A stretch of 64,000 bases of DNA, taken from contig JBNKDU010000124.1 of NCBI GenBank assembly GCA_050288425.1, positions 48,711-112,710 of the forward strand, given 5' to 3'. The DNA is from Desulfobacteraceae bacterium (GTDB lineage: Bacteria; Desulfobacterota; Desulfobacteria; Desulfobacterales; Desulfosarcinaceae). Below, piece by piece: positions 44,790 through 54,697 of this stretch; the stretch's first letter is position 1, and each line of letters starts with the position of its first letter. Made by a program: the position numbers and the translations under genes. A model generated the notes under the pieces. It was not told the origin of the DNA, ran no database searches, and saw only the letters and a program-made list of their open reading frames with translations.

Positions 44790-44915
44790 TGGATCGGCCG
44801 GAGAATGACGGAACCATTCCGTAGTCGCCCGAATCCCCATTTCCGTCGGCATCGGGAGCCGTCTTGCGATCCGTTGTCGATGCAACCGAAACGATACCGA
44901 CGCCTAGGAGCAAGG

Positions 44916-45860
44916 ATGCATAAGAAAGAACTCGTTGATCGCGTACTGGCCGGGGAGGAAGTCGAACGGCCACCGATTTCCTTTTGGTACCACTTCGGGG
45001 TGCAACACGGCAGTGGTGAAGCGTTCGCCCGGATCGTCCTGGATTACTTCCGGCACTACGATCTCGATTTTCTCAAGGTTATGAACGACCATTTCTACCC
45101 CCTGCCGGAGGGGCTCGAGGCCATCCGTACCCGGGAAGACCTGCAGCGACTGGCTCCTTTCGACCCCGCAGACACCCCCTGGCGGGAGCAGTTCAAGGCG
45201 CTGGAGATCCTGCAGGCGGCCCTCGCAGAGGAGGCCTACTTCCTCGATACGGTCTTCGATCCCTGGCAAAGCCTGAATCGAGCACTGGCCGCCGAGAACC
45301 TGGCCCATCTGATGCGCAACGAGCCGAAAGCCCTGCTGGCCGCACTGGACGTGGTGACCGACAATCTGATCGCTTATTGCCGGCAGTCGTTGCAGCGTGG
45401 TACGGCCGGGATTTTTCTCTCGATTCCGGCCGGGGCCGAGATCATCGGCCACCGGGATTTCCTTACCTTCGTAAAACCTTTCGTGGCCCGGCTGCTAACC
45501 GCCATCCAGGGGCTGGGCCCCATGACCACCCTGCATGTGCATGGCAAGAACCTCTATTTCGAGGATGTCATCGACTTGCCGGCTCCCATTTTCAACTGGT
45601 GGGATCGAGGCCCCACGGGACCGTCCCTGGCTTCGGTCCGCGACCGGATTCCGGGATGCGTAATGGGCGGTATCGATCAGACCCTCGTGGCCCGGCGCAC
45701 TCCGTCCTTTCTGCGCGATCATGTGCATGAAGCCGTGAAAATGGGCTGCGGATCGCGGTTTTTCCTGGCCAACGGGTGCAGCATCGACACCTGGGTGTCT
45801 CCCGAGGCGGTAAAGACCATGGTGGCGGCGGCAAGGAAAACCGCGCCGCAGCGGTTGTAG
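44916..45860 (+). CDS. Uroporphyrinogen-decarboxylase (URO-D) family protein
   Basis: ATG at 44916, preceded by AGGAGCAAGG. MHKKELVDRVLAGEEVERPPISFWYHF...DLDFLKVMND resembles URO-D/MtaA-like family proteins as I remember them. Function not assignable. Confidence 0.55.
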   Translation: MHKKELVDRVLAGEEVERPPISFWYHFGVQHGSGEAFARIVLDYFRHYDLDFLKVMNDHFYPLPEGLEAIRTREDLQRLAPFDPADTPWREQFKALEILQAALAEEAYFLDTVFDPWQSLNRALAAENLAHLMRNEPKALLAALDVVTDNLIAYCRQSLQRGTAGIFLSIPAGAEIIGHRDFLTFVKPFVARLLTAIQGLGPMTTLHVHGKNLYFEDVIDLPAPIFNWWDRGPTGPSLASVRDRIPGCVMGGIDQTLVARRTPSFLRDHVHEAVKMGCGSRFFLANGCSIDTWVSPEAVKTMVAAARKTAPQRL

Positions 45861-45870
45861 GCGGGCGCCC

Positions 45871-46263
45871 TTAGCAGGTCAGATGAAAGCAAGCCGCCAC
45901 GCGGCGCCCCTGTTCTGATAACTGGTTATAGAGGCTTGCCGCCTCCTTGGTCCAGGCCGATTGCATTTCGATCCGGCGGCTTTTCAGGTAGGGTTCGATG
46001 TCATTGTCGATACGCATCCGGCCGTAAATCCCCGTTCCCACCACCAGCACCTCCGGCCGGGTGGCAACCAGGGAGGCGATGTCCTCGCGGTGCAGGCGAT
46101 GCCCGTCCTTGCGCCACCAGCCGTCCTGGATGCTTCCATCCGGCAGAATCCACAAATCGGAGCCGAAACTGCGACCGGCCACCACCATTCCTCCAAATTC
46201 GCAGCTGTCAATCATCATCCGACCCCCATGCCCGAGGGAAGTTTCGTTCCTGTTTCCGCTCAT
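45871..46263 (-). CDS. Mth938-like (DUF498) domain protein
   Basis: The core MMIDSCEFGGMVVAGRSFGSDLWILPDGSI...PEVLVVGTGIYGRMRI matches my memory of the Mth938/NDUFAF3-like domain. The start is ambiguous: ATG at 46263, 46218 or 46215. Confidence 0.5.
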   Translation of the reverse strand: MSGNRNETSLGHGGRMMIDSCEFGGMVVAGRSFGSDLWILPDGSIQDGWWRKDGHRLHREDIASLVATRPEVLVVGTGIYGRMRIDNDIEPYLKSRRIEMQSAWTKEAASLYNQLSEQGRRVAACFHLTC

Positions 46264-46438
46264 GGTAATGCCTCTCATCGCAGGTTGCAAACGGGCTTGA
46301 CCCGCCGGCCCCATGTGGTTACCCGGACCGACACCCAAGGTTCCGGCGGCGGCGATGCTCAAGTATCGCCGCCGGGTGCCGATATACCGGCCAGGGTGAT
46401 CACCACCCCTGAATATCCGATGACAAGGAACCTCGTGA

Positions 46439-46963
46439 ATGCCTGCCGCTGATTCCGACAATCGCATCTACGCCGGCCTCGCGGCCATGCCCAAAGTCGA
46501 CCTGACCGTCCTGGAGAAGAGCAACCTGATCGACGGCACCCAATGGGCCGATGAATTCAGTTTCGCCCAGGTCAAAATCCTGGCGGCCTACATGGATGTC
46601 CACCAGGTCCCCAAGGAATCGGTCCTCTTTTTCGAAGGCGACAAAACCCCATATCTGGTACTGATCGTCAACGGCCGGGTACACGTGGTCAAATACGATT
46701 CCCAACGGACCCCCAAACGAATCGCCACCCTGGGGCCCGGCAAAACCATCGGCGAAATGACCATTATCGACGGCGAGCCCCGCTCCGCCTCGGCAGTGAC
46801 CGCCACCCAGGCCACGCTGATGACCATGACCGCCGAAAAATTCAATTGTCTGGTGAACGACCGCCCCCGGGTGGCCGTGATCCTGGTGCTGAAAATCGCC
46901 AAGTTGATGAGCCAGTACCTGCGCCAGACCAGCGGCCGGCTCATCGATCATCTCGGCGGGTAG
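46439..46963 (+). CDS. Single-domain cyclic-nucleotide-binding protein
   Basis: 174 aa. FFEGDKTPYLVLIVNGRVHVVKYD...LGPGKTIGEMTIIDGEPRSASAVA is a typical cNMP-binding beta-roll with the GE...R(S/T)A phosphate-binding cassette. No output domain. Confidence 0.7.
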   Translation: MPAADSDNRIYAGLAAMPKVDLTVLEKSNLIDGTQWADEFSFAQVKILAAYMDVHQVPKESVLFFEGDKTPYLVLIVNGRVHVVKYDSQRTPKRIATLGPGKTIGEMTIIDGEPRSASAVTATQATLMTMTAEKFNCLVNDRPRVAVILVLKIAKLMSQYLRQTSGRLIDHLGG

Positions 46964-47046
46964 CCTCGCCGGGTCGTTTTGACTTCCCCGGATATTTAAG
47001 TATATAAATCGGAATAGCTACCAACCGACATGCCCCGGCGAGTCTT

Positions 47047-47979
47047 ATGCACACTTCACGTCTGTTGCCATGGATATCGATGGCCCTTCTTTTGCTGGGC
47101 TGCAGCTCCACCCCACTTCCGGAACGGATGCCGTCTTACCTTCGGCAAAGCATTCGCCACTTGAACAAGGGCACGCAGTACTACACCAAGGGATGCTACC
47201 CGCTTGCGTTGCGCCAGTTCCAGGAATCCCATGAGCGCTATGTGGCGGCGGACCATCTGCCGGGTACGGCCGCCAGCCTCAACAGCCTGGCCAATACGTA
47301 TTACCGCATGAAAGATTTCGAAGGCGCGCTGGCCGTCTACGACGAGGCCATCGCGTTGTACCGGCAGCTTGAAGATCGTCCCGGGCTGACATTGGCCCTT
47401 GCCAACAAAGCCGCCGCTTTGATCGCCACCGGTCAGATGGAATCGGCCGGTTTGCATTTGGACGAGGCGGACCGGGTGGCCGGCGATGAGGCCCTGATGG
47501 CCAGTCAACGATTGCGAACGCGTGCGATCTGGCTGATGCGGAGGGGCGATCCGGGGCAGGCGGAGAAGCTGCTCAGACAAGCCTTACGCCTCACGCCGGA
47601 TTCGGCGCAGGCGCAAATTGCCGCCGTACAGTATGCCCTGGGTCGTTTGTTTATGGATTCCCGGCGTCCCGCCCAAGGATTGTCTCATCTCGAAGCCGCC
47701 CTGGAAGCCGATCGAAAATTGGGGGCTTTCCACGGCATTGCCCTTGATCTGGCGGCATTGGGAGACTCCCGGGCGCGGCTGAACCGTCACGATCTGGCGG
47801 TTTCCTATTTTAAGCGCAGCATGAAGATTTTTGCCTTGTTGGGGGACGCCCCCATGGTGGATGAGATTCGTACCCGGCTGGTGGCCAGCGGCCGTAGTGC
47901 GGATGTCGATATCCTTGCGTCGTTGCAATGGGTCGATCGCTGGCTGGCCGGCGATCGGACTGCCAACATCTGCCGGTAA
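47047..47979 (+). CDS. Tetratricopeptide-repeat (TPR) lipoprotein
   Basis: 310 aa. Signal plus lipobox WISMALLLLGCSS. Repeated A/L/Y-rich 34-mer-like helices, e.g. AASLNSLANTYYRMKDFEGALAVYDEAIALY. Confidence 0.7.
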   Translation: MHTSRLLPWISMALLLLGCSSTPLPERMPSYLRQSIRHLNKGTQYYTKGCYPLALRQFQESHERYVAADHLPGTAASLNSLANTYYRMKDFEGALAVYDEAIALYRQLEDRPGLTLALANKAAALIATGQMESAGLHLDEADRVAGDEALMASQRLRTRAIWLMRRGDPGQAEKLLRQALRLTPDSAQAQIAAVQYALGRLFMDSRRPAQGLSHLEAALEADRKLGAFHGIALDLAALGDSRARLNRHDLAVSYFKRSMKIFALLGDAPMVDEIRTRLVASGRSADVDILASLQWVDRWLAGDRTANICR

Positions 47980-48743
47980 TCCCGACCTCCGGCTCCCTTT
48001 CTCAACTCTGCCCGGAAGCGATTCAAATTCTCCTGGCTGTCCAATGCACCGGCCAAACAAAAGGGACGGCTAATCGTTTTGCGATTAGCCGTTTAGGAGG
48101 AGAACAGATGAAAAAATTATTGGGTTTGGCGTTTTATGATAATGCAATAAGGCTGCCAAAATCCTTAAAAAACATGCGTGTGCGTGAAATTTTTTATATT
48201 TTAATAATTTAAGTAGGTTATATGCATGGTAGCCGATGCCTGACAGCGGCGGATGCGCTGCTCGCAGGAGGTCGGAGTGGGGGCATCGGTTCAAAATAAT
48301 GAACCCATTAAGGCGAAAAAATATATATCACTTTGTAATTATTGATTAAAAAAACTTTATGCCATGGTTCATGATTATAAACTGTCATGGCCGGCTATCG
48401 GCACGCATCGCTTTAGTATCTGAAATCAAATCATATTTTACGGGTTTGCAGTTTTGAACGCCGGTGTGGCAAGGGAACCGAACCTCTTCATCCGGGCGCC
48501 GCGAGCCTGGCATGCGGTCCCGGAATCGGAAGATGTCGGGAGGATCGCGGCAGTTTGATCGATAAGCGTGTTGAGTCGTTGGATACCTTAACTTTCCGGA
48601 CCGTCGACCGATATCAGGTTCATGGCCGTCAGGGTCTGAATGGTGGATATCCAACCGCATCGGCGGTCAGGGTGCCCAATTCTTTTCATATGGTTTTACA
48701 AAGTGATCGTTTGCGGAGGTTCAGGGAGGACGTGATTACGGAA

Positions 48744-49751
48744 ATGAAGGTCAATGCCAGATGGGTCCCATGGTTTCTGGTGGCGGCGGCTTTGGGCCTG
48801 TTTGCCGCCGAACCGGCTATCGGCCGTGTCCTGATTCTGCACAGCTACCATGCAGAGTTTGACTGGGTGCAGGGAATCAATGATGAACTGATGCCCTCCC
48901 TGGAAGCTGCCGGCATCCCCTTTCGGACATTCTACATGGATACCAAGCGCCGATCCGGTATGGCCTGGAAAAAGGAATCCGCGCGCCTGGCCAAGGAAAT
49001 CATCGACACCTACGCGCCGGATGTGGTGATTGCCGTGGATGACAATGCCCAGGAACATGTCGTGCGCGACTATTGCGGCCGCAGCCCGATCCAGTTCGTC
49101 TTTGCCGGTGTCAATGCCGATCCGGAAACTTATGGCTATCCCGCCCCCAATGTCACCGGTATCCTCGAGCGGACCTATCCCGGCCAAACCCTGAATCTGC
49201 TGAAAATAATGCTGGCCAAACCCGTCCATCTGGTCTGGATCAGCGACGACAGCGCCACATCCAGTCAGATCCTGCAACGGGTGCGTCCCAAGGCTGAAAA
49301 GGGTCAATTGCCCCTGCCGGTCGATGCATTCGAACGGCCGTCCACCTTCCGTCAGTGGAAAACCGCCATCGGCAAATACGATGACGATCCCCACATCGGT
49401 GGTTTTCTCATACCCCTCTACCATACGGTTCGGACCCATGCCGATGGACCCAGCATGGAACCGGCCAAGGTGATGCAATGGACCGTCGCCCACACCCGCA
49501 AGCCCGTCGTCGGTCTTTGGCGCTTTGGGGTGGATGACGGTGCGGTGGGCGCCGTCGTGGTGGATCCCAAGGAACACGGCAAGGTGGCCGGCTTGATGGC
49601 CAGGCAGATTCATGCCGGCAAAAAAGCGGCGGAGATGCCCCTGGTGACCAACCGTGAAGGGTTTGTGATCATCAATATCGCCGCCGCCGGCCGGCTGGGG
49701 ATCGAGGTCCCGTTCGAAGTCCTGCTGAGCGCGGATAAGATCATCGAATGA
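48744..49751 (+). CDS. Periplasmic substrate-binding-like protein (ABC_sub_bind-type), probable sensor partner
   Basis: ATG at 48744 (MKVNARWVPWFLVAAALGLFAAEPAIG signal), then RVLILHSYHAEFDWVQGINDEL. Lies immediately upstream of a hybrid histidine kinase. Family assignment from memory. Confidence 0.55.
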   Translation: MKVNARWVPWFLVAAALGLFAAEPAIGRVLILHSYHAEFDWVQGINDELMPSLEAAGIPFRTFYMDTKRRSGMAWKKESARLAKEIIDTYAPDVVIAVDDNAQEHVVRDYCGRSPIQFVFAGVNADPETYGYPAPNVTGILERTYPGQTLNLLKIMLAKPVHLVWISDDSATSSQILQRVRPKAEKGQLPLPVDAFERPSTFRQWKTAIGKYDDDPHIGGFLIPLYHTVRTHADGPSMEPAKVMQWTVAHTRKPVVGLWRFGVDDGAVGAVVVDPKEHGKVAGLMARQIHAGKKAAEMPLVTNREGFVIINIAAAGRLGIEVPFEVLLSADKIIE

Positions 49752-49839
49752 CGCCGGCTGCGCGATCGGGGCAGGCGGGACGAACTCCGTTCATCGTCCT
49801 TGCAATCACCGGCAGGACCGGCCGGACGATCGGAAAATT

Positions 49840-52800
49840 ATGAGAAAGAGCCTCAAGGGTCGTTTTCTGCTCACCATTGCCGCCATGATTACCATCGGTA
49901 TGAGCCTGGCGACCATCGCCTCTTATATCAACAGCCGGAAGGCCGTGGAACATGAAGCGACCATGCGGCTGTTGCAGGTGCGCGATACCAGCGTACGGCT
50001 GATCTCCACTTGGTTTCAACACCAGGAAGTCAATCTGGTCAACTGGGCCTCCCAGAAACTATTCCAGATCGCCCTCGATGAGGGCTTCATCGGGCGTGCG
50101 GCCCGTCGCAGCGCCAACGGTGAACTCGACCGCCAATTGGTCAACTATCCATATTATGAATTGTTGGGCGTGGCCGACGGCGAAGGTCGGGTGGTGGCCT
50201 CATCCACTTTTTACGAGAACACGTGGCGGGACGTCCACGACCGGCAATTCTTTATCGAGAGCATCGACGGCAATATCGCCTACAGTCGAATTTTCAAGAG
50301 CCCCAAGACAGCCGCCTGGGTATTTGCCATCAGCATGCCCATCAAAGGGCCGGAGCTGGAGATCAAAGGCGTCTTATTCGTCTTGATCCGCCTGTCGGAT
50401 TTCAACGAGATGTTCGTCAACCCGCTGCACATGGGGGAGAGCGGTTTCGCCTTCGTCTACGATGATCGCGGACAGATCCTCTCCCATCCGGACCGCCGGC
50501 TGGTGATGCAGGAGAAGATCGACCGGTTCGATTTCGGCAGGCAGATGCTCGCCACCCACACCGGCATTCAGGAATGCGACTGGCAGGGAGCCCGGCGGAT
50601 CATTGCCTATGGCCTGCTGCCGCCGGTCAACTGGCACATCGGAATCGTGGCCTCGACCCGGGAATTCCTGGCGCCGGCGCGGCGCATGGGCTTGATCAAT
50701 GTAGGGATCATCATTCTCGTGAACCTGATCGCCGTGGTACTGGTCTTCTTCTTATACCGCCGATTGATCGCGGCGCCGCTCCAGCAATTGCTGGAGGGGA
50801 TCGACCGTTTCGGCAGGCAGGGCTTGCGTCAGCCCATCGAAATGGAGCGCCAGGATGAATTCGGCCTCATGGCCACCGCTTTCAATGACATGGCATCCAG
50901 TCTCAAGAAATCCACCGTCTCCATCAAGGAACTGGAGAAATCCCAGCGCCGCTTCCAGGATGTCGTCGAGAATACGGGCGATTGGATCTGGGAAATCGAC
51001 TTCCAGGGAAACTGTTCCTATTCCAGCCCGGCGGTGGAAAAGATTCTGGGATTTCGACCCGAAGAGATTCAAGGAACCCGGCTCTACGACTATTTCGAGG
51101 ACCCTCCGCGCGACGATATGATCCGTTTTTTCGAAACCCACTTCCAGAGCGGGCTTTCCTTCGCCGGCAAAGTCATGCCCATCCACCACCGCAGCGGCGC
51201 CATCGTCCAGTTGGAGGCCAGCGGCGTGGCGATTTCCGACGGTTCGGGCAGGGTGATTGGATTCCGGGGGGGAAGTCGCGATATCACCCAACGCATCGAG
51301 GCGGAAAAGGCGTTGAAGCTGGCCATGGAGGAGGCCGAATCCGCCAACCGATCCAAGAGTGCCTTCGTGGCCAACATGAGCCACGAAATCCGGACCCCGA
51401 TGAACGGCATCATCGGGATGGCCAACTTCCTGCTCGACACCGACCTTACCCATGAGCAGCGCGAATATGCCCAGATCGTCGCCCACAGCGCGGACAGCCT
51501 GTTGATGATCCTCAATGACATTCTCGATTTTTCCAAGATCGAAGCCGGAAAGCTGGAATTTGAAACCATCGATTTCAATATGCGCAGCGCCATCGAAGAG
51601 ACCGCCCAACTCATCGCCCACAAGGCACATGAGAAGCAGTTGGAACTGGTGTGCATGGTGGACCCCCAGGTTCCGTCCCTGCTGCGGGGGGATCCCGGAC
51701 GGCTGCGGCAGGTGCTGACCAACCTGGCCGACAACGCCATCAAATTCACCAGTCAGGGGGAAGTGTCCATCACGGTCAAGCTGGAACAGGAACTCGACAG
51801 GAGCGTGGAACTGCGCTTCGAAATCAAGGACACGGGCATCGGCATTCCCGCGGACCGCATGGACCGCCTGTTCAAATCTTTCTCTCAGGTGGACGCTTCC
51901 ACCACACGGCGGTACGGCGGAACAGGGCTCGGGCTGGCGATTTGCAAGCGGCTCATCGAGATGATGGACGGAAAAATCGGTGTCAAAAGCCGGGAGGGAG
52001 AAGGGGCCACCTTCTGGTTCACCGCCCGGTTCCAGTGTCAGTCGCTGACTGAGGATCTGCAGAACGGAATCCCGGGGCTTTTCAAGAACAAGCGCATTCT
52101 CATCGTGGACGACAACCGTTCCAATCGGGAAGTACTCAGTACCTACCTGCGCGGGTGGGGCTGCCTGCACAGTTCCGCCGCCAGCGCCCCCGAGGCACTG
52201 CAGCTGCTGCATGAGGCCCGGGACGCCGACAGGCCCTTCGATCTGGCCATCATCGACCAGCGGATGCCCGATATGGACGGCAAAGCCCTGGGGATGGCCA
52301 TCAAGGCGAGTCCCAGCCTCTCCGCCACCCTGATGGTGCTCTTGACCTCGGGCGGCATGCAGGGCGATGCATTTCGCATGAAGGAAATCGGTTTCAGCGC
52401 CTACCTGCGGAAACCGGTGAAGCAGTCGATGATTTACGATTGTCTGGTCACTGTTTTCGGCGATCCCGGTCACGAGGAAGAGGTCGGTCTTGCGGAAGAG
52501 GACCCGGTGACCCGGCACAGCCTGCGCGAGGCCCGGCGCAAGCAGATCCGGGTACTGCTGGTGGAAGACAACCCCATCAACCGCAAAGTGGCCTTGAAGA
52601 TGTTGGAGAGTTTTGGTATTCCGGCCGATACCGCCAACAACGGCGAAGAGGCCCTCCAGCGGCTGCAGGAGAAGCATTACGATTTGGCATTGATGGATGT
52701 CCAGATGCCGGAGATGGATGGTTTCGAAGCCACCCGCCGCATCCGGGAGTCGTCCGCGGATGGGCGCTTCAAGGACCTCTTCATCATCGCCATGACGGCC

Positions 52801-52953
52801 AACGCCATGAAGGGCGACCGCGAGAAATGTCTCCGGGTGGGCATGGACGATTATATATCCAAGCCGGTGGACGCCGAGGAGTTGCTGGCCAAACTGGATC
52901 ACTGGATCTCGAAAACCACCCATTCATCGCCCATCAAGCCCATCGTCAATTAG
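49840..52953 (+). CDS. Hybrid sensor histidine kinase/response regulator (periplasmic Cache-like sensor, HAMP, PAS, HisKA-HATPase, two REC domains)
   Basis: 1037 aa. Two TM segments flank a sensor domain of about 270 aa. H-box [15 protein letters not shown]-box [13 protein letters not shown]-box [21 protein letters not shown]1 ILIVDDN...[11 protein letters not shown]; REC2 VLLVEDN...[11 protein letters not shown]...DDYISKP. Confidence 0.9.
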   Translation: MRKSLKGRFLLTIAAMITIGMSLATIASYINSRKAVEHEATMRLLQVRDTSVRLISTWFQHQEVNLVNWASQKLFQIALDEGFIGRAARRSANGELDRQLVNYPYYELLGVADGEGRVVASSTFYENTWRDVHDRQFFIESIDGNIAYSRIFKSPKTAAWVFAISMPIKGPELEIKGVLFVLIRLSDFNEMFVNPLHMGESGFAFVYDDRGQILSHPDRRLVMQEKIDRFDFGRQMLATHTGIQECDWQGARRIIAYGLLPPVNWHIGIVASTREFLAPARRMGLINVGIIILVNLIAVVLVFFLYRRLIAAPLQQLLEGIDRFGRQGLRQPIEMERQDEFGLMATAFNDMASSLKKSTVSIKELEKSQRRFQDVVENTGDWIWEIDFQGNCSYSSPAVEKILGFRPEEIQGTRLYDYFEDPPRDDMIRFFETHFQSGLSFAGKVMPIHHRSGAIVQLEASGVAISDGSGRVIGFRGGSRDITQRIEAEKALKLAMEEAESANRSKSAFVANMSHEIRTPMNGIIGMANFLLDTDLTHEQREYAQIVAHSADSLLMILNDILDFSKIEAGKLEFETIDFNMRSAIEETAQLIAHKAHEKQLELVCMVDPQVPSLLRGDPGRLRQVLTNLADNAIKFTSQGEVSITVKLEQELDRSVELRFEIKDTGIGIPADRMDRLFKSFSQVDASTTRRYGGTGLGLAICKRLIEMMDGKIGVKSREGEGATFWFTARFQCQSLTEDLQNGIPGLFKNKRILIVDDNRSNREVLSTYLRGWGCLHSSAASAPEALQLLHEARDADRPFDLAIIDQRMPDMDGKALGMAIKASPSLSATLMVLLTSGGMQGDAFRMKEIGFSAYLRKPVKQSMIYDCLVTVFGDPGHEEEVGLAEEDPVTRHSLREARRKQIRVLLVEDNPINRKVALKMLESFGIPADTANNGEEALQRLQEKHYDLALMDVQMPEMDGFEATRRIRESSADGRFKDLFIIAMTANAMKGDREKCLRVGMDDYISKPVDAEELLAKLDHWISKTTHSSPIKPIVN

Positions 52954-53005
52954 GGGAGCCGGAGGCACCCCTTCCATCCTTGGATGAACTACGGGAAGGC
53001 ATGTC

Positions 53006-54676
53006 ATGACCTCATCCCATCGCATTCTGATCGTCGGCGGGGTAGCCGGAGGAGCCTCTTGCGCCGCCCGCTGCCGCCGCCTGTCGGAGCAGGCCGAAAT
53101 CATCATGTTCGACCGGGGCCCCTACGTCTCCTTCGCCAATTGCGGATTGCCCTATTACGTGGGCGACGTGATCAAGAAGGAGTCCCATCTCCTGGTGGCC
53201 TCCCCGGAACTGTTTCGCGACCGGTTCAATATCGAAGTCCGTCTCCACTCGGACGTCGTCGGCATCGATCGGGAACGCCGGACCCTCCGGATCCGGGACC
53301 TGGCCTCCCAAAGGCAATATGAGGAAGCCTACGATACCCTGGTACTCTCACCGGGTGCGCAGCCCGTACGTCCGGAACTGCCCGGCATCGATCTGCCCGG
53401 TATCTTTTCGTTGCGCACCATTCCGGACAGCCGTCAGATCCGCCGTTGGATCGAAGACCGACAGGCGACCAGCGCCGTGGTGGTTGGCGGCGGCTATATC
53501 GGCATGGAGATGACCGAGAACCTGCACCGACGGGGGCTGAAGGTGACGGTGGTTGAGATGCAAAACCAGGTAATGCCCATCCTGGATGCGGAGATGGTGG
53601 CCGCCGTTCACGAAACGTTGAAAAAACACGGAGTCGACCTGCTGCTCCAAGAGCGCGTCGAACGGTTCGACAACGGCCGGGGGCATGCCCTGGGGCTGCA
53701 GCTGGCGTCGGGGCGTCGTCTGGACGCGGACCTGGTGGTCCTGTGCATCGGTGTACGACCGGAAACCGGACTGGCCCGGTCGGCCGGCCTGGAGATCGGC
53801 GAGAGCGGCGGTATTCGTGTGGATACCCGCATGTACACCAGCGATCCCCATATCCTGGCCGTGGGGGATGCCGTCGAGATCGATGAGGTGGTCACCGGTG
53901 AGAAGAGCGTGATTCCCCTGGCCGGTCCGGCCAACCGCCAGGGACGCATCGCGGCCAACGTCATCATGGGGCGGCAGGATGCGTTTCGCGGCGCCCAGGG
54001 AACGTCGATCGTGGGGGTCCTCGACCAGGTGGCGGCCATCACCGGTCCCAGCGAAAAGAGACTACGGACGTTGGGGCGGTGGCAGGGGAAGGAGAAGATC
54101 TACCTGCATCCGGGGCATCACGCCAATTACTATCCCGGCGCCACCCCCATCAGCCTGAAGCTGATTTTCGAGAAGACCGGCGGACGCATCATCGGCGCCC
54201 AGGCCGTGGGCCGGGCCGGGGTGGCCAAACGCATCGATGTGATTTCCATGGCCATTCAGAAAGGAGCCACGGTCTTCGATCTGGAAGAGGCCGAACTATG
54301 CTACGCGCCCCAGTTCGGATCGGCCAAGGATCCGGTCAACGTGGCCGGCATGATCGCCGCCAATGTGGTCCGCGGCGATGTCGAGCTGGTTCATTGGGAG
54401 GATGTGTCCGGCGCCCGTGCCCGGGTATTCGACGTGCGCGGGCCCAAGGAGTACGCCCGCGGACACATCGAAGGCGCGCAGAACCTGCCCCTGGACGATA
54501 TCCGCGGCCGCATGGCCGAATTGCCCAGGGAGGAAGAGATCTGGACCTATTGCTTCGTGGGGCAGCGTTCGTACTATGCCGCCCGGGCGATGGCCCAGCA
54601 CGGCTTTAACGTGAAGAACATCAGCGGCGGATATAAAACCCATTTGCTGCATCGGGCCGTGGCCGATGACCAATAG
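53006..54676 (+). CDS. CoA-disulfide reductase-family FAD/NAD(P) oxidoreductase fused to a C-terminal rhodanese domain
   Basis: 556 aa. ILIVGGVAGGASCAAR (FAD), SFANCGLPYY (redox-active Cys), VVVGGGYIGMEMTE (NAD(P)). C-terminal rhodanese with active-site loop YCFVGQRSYYAA. Confidence 0.85.
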   Translation: MTSSHRILIVGGVAGGASCAARCRRLSEQAEIIMFDRGPYVSFANCGLPYYVGDVIKKESHLLVASPELFRDRFNIEVRLHSDVVGIDRERRTLRIRDLASQRQYEEAYDTLVLSPGAQPVRPELPGIDLPGIFSLRTIPDSRQIRRWIEDRQATSAVVVGGGYIGMEMTENLHRRGLKVTVVEMQNQVMPILDAEMVAAVHETLKKHGVDLLLQERVERFDNGRGHALGLQLASGRRLDADLVVLCIGVRPETGLARSAGLEIGESGGIRVDTRMYTSDPHILAVGDAVEIDEVVTGEKSVIPLAGPANRQGRIAANVIMGRQDAFRGAQGTSIVGVLDQVAAITGPSEKRLRTLGRWQGKEKIYLHPGHHANYYPGATPISLKLIFEKTGGRIIGAQAVGRAGVAKRIDVISMAIQKGATVFDLEEAELCYAPQFGSAKDPVNVAGMIAANVVRGDVELVHWEDVSGARARVFDVRGPKEYARGHIEGAQNLPLDDIRGRMAELPREEEIWTYCFVGQRSYYAARAMAQHGFNVKNISGGYKTHLLHRAVADDQ

Positions 54677-54697
54677 ATTACCGGTGCCCGGGTTTTC

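Noticed and set aside
50752-52923. 723-aa - strand ORF inside the hybrid kinase gene, and 56885-58606 (- strand, 573 aa) inside trpE
   Set aside because: Both are antisense to genes with canonical catalytic motifs. No independent evidence supports them.
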